From Bacteroidales bacterium (GTDB lineage: Bacteria; Bacteroidota; Bacteroidia; Bacteroidales; WCHB1-69): a DNA stretch of 62,755 nt. This document shows positions 1-7,273 of this stretch, piece by piece (position 1 is the first letter of the stretch; every line of letters begins with the position of its first letter). The translations under genes were made by a program, and so were the position numbers. The stretch is from assembly GCA_028693085.1 (NCBI GenBank), contig JAQUWC010000003.1:1-62755 (forward strand). Direction: 5' to 3'. A model generated the notes under the pieces. It did no database searches. It worked only from the letters and a program-made list of their open reading frames with translations, and was not told where the DNA came from.

Positions 1-661
1 CATTAAATTTTAAAGGAGATATTCCAATAGGTAATTCATGTTGCTTAATTATGTGTTTAATTATAGTGCCATCAATTCTTGTTTCGATATAAGGTTGTAT
101 TGAAGTGGCAAAAGCATTGTATTTGAGTATTAATTCGTTTTTATTTTCTATTTTATTTGGTAAATGTTTTTTACTTAATTCTTCAATAAAAAAGAAGTAT
201 TCATCAACTTTTATTGTTAATTCATTTACATCACATTTGGGAAGTAAAGGGAAAAAGTTTTTTTGAGCATACTCGAAGAATACTTTTTCTTGGGATAAAT
301 GAATAGTTGGATATTCGTCTTTGGCTTTGTTTATATCCATTTTATCCTTACTGTATTCATTTAAACTTGTATTGTAATAATTGTTTGCAATGGTTGAAAG
401 TGGGATGTCTGTGCAATTCTTATATAAAATATAATAGGATAAAAAACCTACACACACGATTTTTGTGTTTTGATATGTTGCTCTTACGGTAAATGTTTTA
501 TTGCTAATTGTTTCGACAATATAATTAACATTATTAAGATATTCAAAACCCTGTGAAATGATACAAATTTTAGTGTCATCAAAACCAAAGTAAGAGGTAT
601 TATTTTTATCGAATATTAGACATGAAGGTTTTAATTCTTTTATTTTACCATTATTATTCAT
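1..661 (-). CDS. hypothetical protein, N-terminal ~220 codons only (continues beyond window start); third gene of the integrase-Fic operon
   Basis: It is absent from the ORF track because it has no stop codon inside the window. Manual reverse-complement translation from the ATG at 661-659 gives MNNNGKIKELKPSCLIFDKNNTSYFGFDDTKICIISQGFEYLNNVNYIVETISNKTF... and stays open down to position 2. It starts 4 nt after the Fic stop codon. No family recognised. Confidence 0.55.
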   Translation of the reverse strand, partial: MNNNGKIKELKPSCLIFDKNNTSYFGFDDTKICIISQGFEYLNNVNYIVETISNKTFTVRATYQNTKIVCVGFLSYYILYKNCTDIPLSTIANNYYNTSLNEYSKDKMDINKAKDEYPTIHLSQEKVFFEYAQKNFFPLLPKCDVNELTIKVDEYFFFIEELSKKHLPNKIENKNELILKYNAFATSIQPYIETRIDGTIIKHIIKQHELPIGISPLKFN

Positions 662-665
662 ACTA

Positions 666-1427
666 TTATTCAATTAAGCTAAGATATTTTTCTAACGATT
701 TTTTCACTTCTTGGGCAACAAGACAATAAAAGGCTTCGGGTTTGTTTTCGATATGGCTTTGTTCCAATGCAGCATAATAGAATAGTTTGGTTTGATTATC
801 GCCTTTTAGGTTGGCAATCGGGTAACCATAGGCAAGTAATTGTAAATTCATCAATAATCGGGATGTACGTCCGTTACCGTCAATAAAGGGATGTATTTTT
901 ACAAGTTCATCATGTAAAAAAGCGGAAATAATTACAGGGTGAACAAGGTCGGCTTTTATCTTTTTGTATGCTTCCATAAATTGTTCCATAAGTGGAGGTA
1001 CTAATAAGGGTTGTGGAGGTGTGTGTGTACTGCCAACAATCATAACGGAAACATCACGATATTTGCCTGCATTTTCTTTGTCAATTCCATGTAAAATAAT
1101 AGCGTGTATTTCTTTTATTATTCTTTCGTTTATTTCAATATCGGGCTTAGCAATGTCTTTTATAAGTTCAATGGCTTGAGCATGATTTATGGCTTCTAAA
1201 TGTTCCCGCATGCTTTTACCGCTTATGGTTACACCTTCACTAACAACAAGTGCCGTTTCTTGTAAAGTAAGGGTATTGCCTTCCATTCGGTTACTTTCAA
1301 AGGTATATTCCATTTCAAAAGCTGCTTTTATTTTTTTTAGTGCTTCAATGGGTAAAGGTCGGGCATTGTCTAACTCAACTTTTAAACGGTCAATTTCTGT
1401 TAATATATTATTTAACTCTATATTCAT
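666..1427 (-). CDS. Fic family protein (AMPylase-type, class II with intramolecular inhibitory helix)
   Basis: 253 aa. It has the canonical Fic motif HPFIDGNGRTSR (HxFx[D/E]GNGRxxR). The N-terminal SNRMEG fits the [S/T]xxxE[G/N] inhibitory motif. Confidence 0.9.
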   Translation of the reverse strand: MNIELNNILTEIDRLKVELDNARPLPIEALKKIKAAFEMEYTFESNRMEGNTLTLQETALVVSEGVTISGKSMREHLEAINHAQAIELIKDIAKPDIEINERIIKEIHAIILHGIDKENAGKYRDVSVMIVGSTHTPPQPLLVPPLMEQFMEAYKKIKADLVHPVIISAFLHDELVKIHPFIDGNGRTSRLLMNLQLLAYGYPIANLKGDNQTKLFYYAALEQSHIENKPEAFYCLVAQEVKKSLEKYLSLIE

Positions 1428-1439
1428 TGTATTTAGAAT

Positions 1440-2726
1440 TTAATCAATTAAAGATATTGTTTCTTGTAATAATTCATCGGAAATATCCCGATACCTGTTA
1501 AATGCACGACTATTTTCACTGTGTCCGGTTATTTTTCCTATTAGCTTGGGGTCTTTAACTTTGTTATAAAGATTTCCTGCTAAAGTTCGTCTTGCAATGT
1601 GAGAACTTGCCACATCACATAACGGCATTTGTTCGGTTTTTAGTGTAATGGGATTTTGTATTGTAACTTTTCGTGTTAATCCACAAACTTTAAAAAGTTC
1701 TTTTATGGCTTGATTGTATTTTTGTGGAGAAATAAAAGGTAGTAATTTAATAGTATCGCTGTCTTTGTATCGTTCAATTATTTCGAGTGCAGTTTTATTA
1801 TTGGATAGTAAAGGGACTTTTATTTCTTGTGGGTTGCCACTACTTTTTGTTTTTGTTTTATTGGGTATATAAATAAGAAAATCGCCAACCACATCATTTT
1901 TACGAAAAGAAATAAGGTCGCCCACTCTACAACCGACTAAGCATTGAAAAATGAAAATATCTCTTTGTACGGCTAAAAAAGGTTTATCGGATAGATTATA
2001 ATCCCGAATCATATTTCGTTCTTCTATGCTAATAAAAATGGGTTTGGTGTTGTATTTTTCCGTTCCTATTTCAATTTTATCAAAAGGACGGTTTAATGTA
2101 TATTCTTTTTTGTTGCACCAAAGGAAAAATGTTTTTAAACGTTTTGTCATGGCAACAATGGTATTATATCCTCTTTTAGTTTCAATGCCTTTAATGGTAC
2201 GTCTTTGTTCTTTTATAAATTTAATTATTTCTTCGATTTGTTTGGTTTGAATAGTGTTGAGTTCAATTTTGTTTTTGGTTTGTAATTCATACGTCTGTAA
2301 TAGCTTTTTTAAAGTATTATAATGCCTTTTTATGTTATCGGTTTGTAAATGATTTTGGATATATTCATCAAAATAATCATAAAAGGTTTTTTGTGTTGGA
2401 TTTTCTTCAATATATTTTTCGGGATAAAAATATTTGTTAATAGCTGTTTGAGATTGTTCCTTTGTGGGAATATTGCCGTTTTCAAGTAATTCGGATAAGA
2501 TATTTTCAATGGCTTGTTTATCTTCTACAAATTTTCTTTTGATAGGATTCGGAATAAGTGCTTTTTGATTTAATTGTTGTGTGGTAAAACTCCAATATTC
2601 TGATGAAATTGAAATTGGAGTTTTTAAATAATAATCAAAATGTTTACTATCAAAAAAACGAACATTGATTTTAATAAATTCTTGTTTTTCGGCTTTTGTA
2701 GCCTTTGAATAAAGTTTTATCTTCAT
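1440..2726 (-). CDS. tyrosine-type site-specific integrase (Bacteroidota integrative-element type)
   Basis: 428 aa. The C-terminal catalytic region has CRVGDL (Arg), SSHIARRT (HxxR) and GHSENSRAFNRYRD (His and Tyr region). The long N-terminal region is typical of arm-binding plus SAM-like domains. Its stop codon lies 12 nt upstream of the Fic start. Confidence 0.9.
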   Translation of the reverse strand: MKIKLYSKATKAEKQEFIKINVRFFDSKHFDYYLKTPISISSEYWSFTTQQLNQKALIPNPIKRKFVEDKQAIENILSELLENGNIPTKEQSQTAINKYFYPEKYIEENPTQKTFYDYFDEYIQNHLQTDNIKRHYNTLKKLLQTYELQTKNKIELNTIQTKQIEEIIKFIKEQRRTIKGIETKRGYNTIVAMTKRLKTFFLWCNKKEYTLNRPFDKIEIGTEKYNTKPIFISIEERNMIRDYNLSDKPFLAVQRDIFIFQCLVGCRVGDLISFRKNDVVGDFLIYIPNKTKTKSSGNPQEIKVPLLSNNKTALEIIERYKDSDTIKLLPFISPQKYNQAIKELFKVCGLTRKVTIQNPITLKTEQMPLCDVASSHIARRTLAGNLYNKVKDPKLIGKITGHSENSRAFNRYRDISDELLQETISLID

Positions 2727-2751
2727 TTAGCATCAAATAATAATTACAACG

Positions 2752-2759
2752 CAAAGATA
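2752..2759 (-). promoter_or_regulatory. candidate Bacteroidota -7 box (TATCTTTG on minus strand) for the integrase operon
   Basis: The plus-strand sequence caaagata is the reverse complement of the TAnnTTTG consensus. It lies about 25 nt upstream of the integrase ATG. Confidence 0.4.
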
Positions 2760-2784
2760 TATTTTTATATAATACAAAATAGAA

Positions 2785-2806
2785 ATATCCCGAAAATATC
2801 CCGAAA
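2785..2806. repeat. 11-bp tandem direct repeat x2 (atatcccgaaa atatcccgaaa)
   Basis: Two exact adjacent copies are read directly from the sequence. They sit just upstream of the candidate integrase promoter. Confidence 0.8.
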
Positions 2807-2967
2807 ATAATTTGATAATATTTTATTCAATTTTTATCAAATACAAATAATTCAATATTAAAATGCAGAAATATAATTAAATACAAAGACTTTTAATAAA
2901 AATCTAATAAAGTTAGATAAAGCTAAATATAATAAAAATTGTTCCCAGCTGGAACACAAGGGTTAGT

Positions 2968-3003
2968 GGACTCCCGATGACGTAATGTCGCGGGAGTTTT
3001 TTT
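2968..3003 (+). terminator. orphan Rho-independent-terminator-like hairpin plus T7 run
   Basis: The sequence ggactcccg-atgacgtaatgtcg-cgggagt has a 7-bp GC-rich stem with an inner gac/gtc extension and is followed by ttttttt. No plus-strand ORF lies upstream of it. Confidence 0.45.
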
Positions 3004-3030
3004 ATGCCTTATGCCGAGATATTTATAAAA

Positions 3031-3093
3031 TAGTCTCGTGTCTTGACTCACGAATCACAAGAAGGTTTTTCGTGCCGAAAAATGCGTTGAACC
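3031..3093. repeat. REP-like dispersed repeat, copy 1
   Basis: It contains degenerate heptads (ctcgtgt cttgact cacgaat cacaag) and the hairpin tttttcgtgccgaaaaa, followed by aatgcgttga. The hairpin core is shared with copy 2 (5902-5917). The aatgcgttga motif is shared with copy 3 (8270-8279). Confidence 0.6.
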
Positions 3094-3129
3094 TTTTTAC
3101 ATTTCATTGTTAAAAAATCTATCTTCCGT

Positions 3130-3587
3130 TTATGTTTCAGGATTATTCATAATATATTTCGAAATGCGTTGATACGATTGTTTGTTGCGTATGATGTGTT
3201 CGTAATAATTACGTTGCCAAATATAAAACATATTCGTGTTTTGACGCATCCATTTTGTAACCCCGATTTTGTAACCCCGATCAATTGAACCAATAGAATG
3301 GGGAATTATTTTTTTGGAATTCGTTTTGTTGATTGGGTAGGGGTTCAAAATGTTGAATCCCTACATTGGCAACATCCTTCAATTCAATTATACCGTGAAT
3401 TTGATTGGGCATAACAATGTGTTGGTTTAAAACCGAATTTGGAAAATGTTTTGGAATATCCATCCGGCATTCATCGGCAATTTTCCCCGCATCATTCCAT
3501 TTCATTTCACTGTTCACCACATCGCCAAACAAATACGCCCTATTCTGACAACATAGGGTTATAAAAAAATTGGAAGTTTATTTTCAT
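3130..3587 (-). pseudogene. IS200/IS605-like Y1 (RAYT-like) transposase relic with two frameshifts and N-terminal truncation
   Basis: ORFs 3281-3532 and 3130-3348 are consecutive parts of one protein: ...ITLCCQNRAYLFGDVVNSEM...VMPNQIHGII...| ...IGSIDRGYKIGVTKWMRQNT..WQRNYYEHIIRNKQSYQRISKYIMNNP. The frame changes at an A7/T7 run (3309-3315) and again at a second 7-nt run (3563-3569) that separates an upstream ATG (3587) from the body. The HUH motif reads NQIH (first His lost). The catalytic Tyr region YYEHIIR is retained. Confidence 0.8.
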
Positions 3588-3732
3588 ATATACGTATTGG
3601 CAAATTATGTATTATCTCTTTGGCAAGGTATTTTGATACTACTTTGGGGAGAACGTTGATGTTTTTGCATTGCCATAAGGTGAATTTTGGTGTTTTGATT
3701 GGGTGTGCATGTTAAATTAACAACAGCAACTG

Positions 3733-4170
3733 TCATTGTTTCAAATGTATGTTCAATCTATCCAAATAATCGACGAAAGATTTCGGTAGGCATACATTAT
3801 TCAAAGAAAGTGCATTTGCAAAAAGCGGGGCTATTTCTTCGTCCCGAAAACCTGCAATTCCACATCCAATTCTTGTTACATAGAAAAATAAATGTTGATT
3901 TTTTTCAGCAAATTGTACAAAGTCTTCTACATAAGGTTGAATGGTTTCAATTCCACCCTGCATTGTAGGTATGGCATAACTTTGTCCTTGTAATCCTACG
4001 CCTTGTCCATATATAGCGCCAAAAAGTTTTAATGCAGTCCTTGCTGCACCACCGCCATGGTGTCCTTCCAGATTGCTGCCAAAAACAAACACTTCATTTG
4101 GTTGTAAAGAATCAATGTGTTCCGGTGTATAAATAGGACGATTTATGCTGTTCGATTCTGATTGTATCAT
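3733..4170 (-). CDS. small Rossmann-like protein resembling the A1S_2505 phage non-structural / LOG-SLOG-like family
   Basis: 145 aa. The motif LQPNEVFVFGSNLEGHHGGGAARTA...GQGVGLQGQSYAIPT matches my recollection of that family's VFVFGSNxxGxHGxGAA...GxQGxSYAIPT pattern. Assignment is from memory only. Confidence 0.55.
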   Translation of the reverse strand: MIQSESNSINRPIYTPEHIDSLQPNEVFVFGSNLEGHHGGGAARTALKLFGAIYGQGVGLQGQSYAIPTMQGGIETIQPYVEDFVQFAEKNQHLFFYVTRIGCGIAGFRDEEIAPLFANALSLNNVCLPKSFVDYLDRLNIHLKQ

Positions 4171-4224
4171 ATATTTCAGTGTATAGGAACTATTCTTTTC
4201 AAAAGAATTTTAAGATTGCCTTTG

Positions 4225-4872
4225 CTATTTCTTTGCTAATTGTTTAACATCACGAACCTTGACTATGCTATGGTTGTAAAGACCTTTGGTGCAAGCTATC
4301 ATTGCACGGGCAACTTCCTGAATCGTATTCCCCATACCCAAGGGACGCATTAGGGGGTAAAACAATCGACTCATACGTATCATCTGGGGTTTTGTGGTTT
4401 GGCCGGTATAAGGTTTCATGATTCCTACTCGAAATCCGTATGTGCCGCGGAATCCCATCTGCGCCAAATCATATTCGGTACGACCTTTTACTCGCGCCCA
4501 CATAATCTTGCTATCGGGTTTCACCTCTGCACCTCCGCCTGTGACGTAAATAAAGGACATATTCTTTTTTGGACCCACACATTTTGCGAAATGAACAGGA
4601 ATATCGTGGCAAGCTATACTGAATGCCTCTTCCGACATGCCCATACTACTCACCCCCATGCAGAAAAATACGGCATCGTAGCCCTGCAAACGAGGATCGT
4701 TTTCCGGAATGCTTAAAAAGTCGTTTACCAATACCTCTTTCAGCTTCTGGTGTTTCTTGCCCGTAGCACGACGACTGACGCTCAAAACTTCCTCGATCTC
4801 CGGATTGTCCAAACATGCAAGCATCACACCCTCACCAACATACCCGGTCGTTCCTGTAATAATAACTTTCAT
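4225..4872 (-). CDS. NAD(P)-binding atypical SDR / epimerase-like oxidoreductase
   Basis: It has the N-terminal Rossmann motif MKVIITGTTGYVGEGV. I place the start at the ATG of MKVIITG (4872) rather than at the alternative-codon start of the track ORF (4899). Confidence 0.8.
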   Translation of the reverse strand: MKVIITGTTGYVGEGVMLACLDNPEIEEVLSVSRRATGKKHQKLKEVLVNDFLSIPENDPRLQGYDAVFFCMGVSSMGMSEEAFSIACHDIPVHFAKCVGPKKNMSFIYVTGGGAEVKPDSKIMWARVKGRTEYDLAQMGFRGTYGFRVGIMKPYTGQTTKPQMIRMSRLFYPLMRPLGMGNTIQEVARAMIACTKGLYNHSIVKVRDVKQLAKK

Positions 4873-4899
4873 TTCTTTCGTATTGTTTATTTGTTGCAA

Positions 4900-5007
4900 T
4901 TATTTCTTTTCTTGTCGTATCACTTGCGGAATGGAAATCAATTCTCCTCCAATACGTTTTGCTACGGCAAGGCTGTTCCCTGTGGCGGTAAGAAAAAATA
5001 TCTTCAT
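4900..5007 (-). pseudogene. 35-codon stub resembling the N-terminus of a flavodoxin-like (EFR1-type) protein
   Basis: Manual translation gives MKIFFLTATGNSLAVAKRIGGELISIPQVIRQEKK*. The FxxTGNSxxVAxxI pattern is typical of flavodoxin-fold N-termini, and the rest of the protein is missing. Confidence 0.35.
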
Positions 5008-5131
5008 AACTCTTTTTTAGATGTTGCGATAACGAAGAAATCGCGGAAAAATTGCTTCTGTATTCCTACTGCGATAAGGATTCCTTCTATAGTTCTTCTT
5101 CCGCTTTTACAGCGACCTTGTTTTTTTGCTA

Positions 5132-5500
5132 TTAGTCTTCAATAATAAATTCCATTTCATCAAAAAGTCTTAAAAACTCCTTGTTTGGTCGTACGATAAT
5201 GCGTTTTTTGGTAATATCGGAAGCTTTGGTTTTCTTAGTATTGCTGCCGAAACTTAAGCGTACTTCTCCCGGTACGGGTAACTCCACTGTTTTCCCTTCT
5301 TAAAATTCCTTTTTCAACAATTCGAATGCAGCAAATAATACACATGATACGGTTTTTTTATAAACACCGGTGAATTCACTGACTTTGTATGCGAAAACAG
5401 AAAAGAAGGTAATTCCTGTATTATCAGGTACTACATAGTATAATTTTTCTTCCGAATGTCCGGGTTTTGATTTTTCAATTATTTTCACTTTAATCCCCAT
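5132..5500 (-). pseudogene. Bacteroidota HU-like DNA-binding protein gene interrupted by an in-frame TAA
   Basis: Track ORF 5300-5500 (MGIKVKIIEKSKPGHSEEKLYYVVP...ELLKKEF) stops at the TAA at 5302-5300. The same frame continues EGKTVELPVPGEVRLSFGSNTKKTKASDITKKRIIVRPNKEFLRLFDEMEFIIED* to 5132. Together these read as a full-length HU-like protein of the Bacteroidales type. Confidence 0.6.
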
Positions 5501-5572
5501 AATTATTTGATATTTAATGTTTTAAAAATATTTTTGTATATTTTTGATATTGAAATACATACAAATGTATTT

Positions 5573-5736
5573 ATGCGGCATAAGACCCCCTTGAAACAAG
5601 TTAGGTTCAAAAAAATACCGCCTTGGTTTGCTTTTGAGCCTAGCTTGTTTCGCACGTGAACCAAGCTTGGTTGGAACTCCAACCAAGGCACTATTTTACG
5701 CAAGCAAGCTTGGTTCAAGGGGGGTGTATGCCGCAT
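5573..5736. repeat. 164-bp element with imperfect terminal inverted repeats and nested internal palindromes (candidate MITE or structured RNA)
   Basis: The left end is atgcggcataagacccccttgaaacaag. The reverse complement of the right end is atgcggcatacaccccccttgaaccaag. Internal structures include ttggttgg-aact-ccaaccaa, the palindrome ccaagcttgg, and caagcttggtt present twice (5662-5672 and 5705-5715). Confidence 0.65.
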
Positions 5737-5842
5737 GTTGTAAAATACACTAAATAAGGCAATTAAGATTGTATTTTTCATGATTAATTTGCAATTAGAA
5801 TATTAAAAATGATATGAATTTAATAAAAAAAGAACCGGTAGG

Positions 5843-5917
5843 CGAAGGAAAAACGTCGCAAGTCGCAAGATAATAAAAAAAGTCCCGAGTTACGAGATGG
5901 CTTTTCGTGCCGAAAAA
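5843..5917. repeat. REP-like dispersed repeat, copy 2
   Basis: The sequence reads cgaaggaaaaac gtcgcaa gtcgcaa g ... gtcccgagttacgag ... ttttcgtgccgaaaaa. It shares the hairpin core with copy 1. It shares cgaaggaa and gtcgcaagtc with copy 3 in inverted orientation. Confidence 0.6.
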
Positions 5918-6006
5918 TAAAATAGTGAGGGGGAGGAATTGGGATTCACCCCCTGGCTTGATTCTATGCTAACAACAGAAATGGTATCTCTTGTGTTGAA
6001 TTAGTT

Positions 6007-7158
6007 TTAAATTCTTTTCCATCCTGAATACATAATAGGATAAGCCGTATCATTTAAGCTGATTTTTGCATTCCATATGTAAGTCTTTGGCCATTCTTTA
6101 AATACTTTAATAAAATAAAATATAATTTTTAATATCCATCTTTTTTCATTTGGTTTCCATCCTTTAGCGGGATTGATTTCAAAATGAATTTCATTTTCTT
6201 GATTTTTAATTCGATAATATCCGTTTAAATTTCCCTTTGCATTATCGGTAGTGATAGAAAAGTTACCATCAACACCAATTCCTTGTCTGAGACAAATGAT
6301 ATCGGGTATTGACGGATAAAAATTAATGCTTATTTTATGTTTATGGTTACTTGTATGTATACTCTTAATTTCATAATGTCCTTTTATGTTCTCCAATTCG
6401 TAATTTATTCCTTTGTCTGTTATGACATTGTTTATGTTTGGAATTAATGGGTATAATTTACCGTTGTAATTTGTATTCCAATCAACATTAAATGTATCGG
6501 CAGTATATCGTGTTAAGTAATTTTTCGAACATTCTATCGGTATCGGAAATGTATCGGGTTTATGTTTTACATTGTCAATTTCAATTAATATATCTGAAAA
6601 TTTTTGTTTTGTAAACGACATTTCATATAATGAATAGACAGGGAGCGACATGGGCGTTTTCGAATTAGCTCCAACAGGTGCAAGCAAAAAGAATGGTTTC
6701 TTTTTCTGTGTTTTACTCTCGTTGACTTGTACTTTTATTTCTCGTCCCATTGTGTCTTCAAAATCAAAATAAACCATAATATGATCGGAATTAATTTCAA
6801 ATTTTGCATTTTCCAAGGGTCTTTCATAAAAACTTACATTATTTAAAATGCTTTCTTGTGCTCCAAAAGGGAACCCTTCTTGATAAAAAACATCAGTCTT
6901 ACCATCTATTCTATACGCTATTGCTAATAAATACTTGTTCCCGTTTTTATCGCTGGCTTTTTGAAATTCAAGAATATTGTATAACTTATCCGGATCTTTT
7001 TCGAAATTTACTAGTATTAATTGTTCCATAGGGTCGATTTTAAAACCAAAAGGTGATATAATCGTTCCGTTGGATGATTTAGCATAAATATCTGCACTTT
7101 TTGTAGAACCTTTGTTTGCTTTCCTGAATAATTTTGATTTTAATTGCTTCATATTCAC
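6007..7158 (-). CDS. hypothetical protein (383 aa, no family recognised)
   Basis: It is a long uninterrupted ORF with no signal peptide and no motif that I recognise. Confidence 0.6.
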   Translation of the reverse strand: MNMKQLKSKLFRKANKGSTKSADIYAKSSNGTIISPFGFKIDPMEQLILVNFEKDPDKLYNILEFQKASDKNGNKYLLAIAYRIDGKTDVFYQEGFPFGAQESILNNVSFYERPLENAKFEINSDHIMVYFDFEDTMGREIKVQVNESKTQKKKPFFLLAPVGANSKTPMSLPVYSLYEMSFTKQKFSDILIEIDNVKHKPDTFPIPIECSKNYLTRYTADTFNVDWNTNYNGKLYPLIPNINNVITDKGINYELENIKGHYEIKSIHTSNHKHKISINFYPSIPDIICLRQGIGVDGNFSITTDNAKGNLNGYYRIKNQENEIHFEINPAKGWKPNEKRWILKIIFYFIKVFKEWPKTYIWNAKISLNDTAYPIMYSGWKRI

Positions 7159-7273
7159 TATTTAGTTATTGTTTATATTTTACGGATAACTTATTAGACT
7201 TAGATAATATTCGAAATAATTTCCAAAGCTTTTTTAATAAAAAATCAAACATTATCAACTCCTTATATGAATA

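Noticed and set aside
307-1443. Plus-strand track ORFs 307-492, 964-1179 and 1189-1443.
   Set aside because: They lie antisense inside the partial hypothetical CDS and the Fic gene. Their composition is low-complexity and Cys/Leu-rich and they carry no motifs. The minus-strand genes explain the region.
2941-3003. A possible tRNA or tmRNA 3' fragment serving as the integrase attachment site.
   Set aside because: I found no acceptor/T-arm pattern (no GGTTCGAATCC-like T-loop) and no cloverleaf. Only a simple hairpin plus T-run is present.
3699-5145. Plus-strand track ORFs 3699-3968, 4399-4716, 4709-5020 and 4750-5145.
   Set aside because: They are antisense to, or in alternative frames of, the SLOG-like gene, the SDR gene and the flavodoxin-like stub. 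They have no recognisable motifs and odd composition.
5300-5302. The idea that TAA is recoded (a sense codon) in this organism, which would make the HU-like gene intact.
   Set aside because: secA, the Fic gene and other conserved genes in the window terminate with TAA at the expected protein ends. TAA therefore functions as a stop codon here.
5503-5781. A 92-aa minus-strand ORF.
   Set aside because: It is created by the 164-bp palindromic element and the adjacent AT-rich DNA. Its translation mirrors the inverted repeats, so it is not a credible protein.
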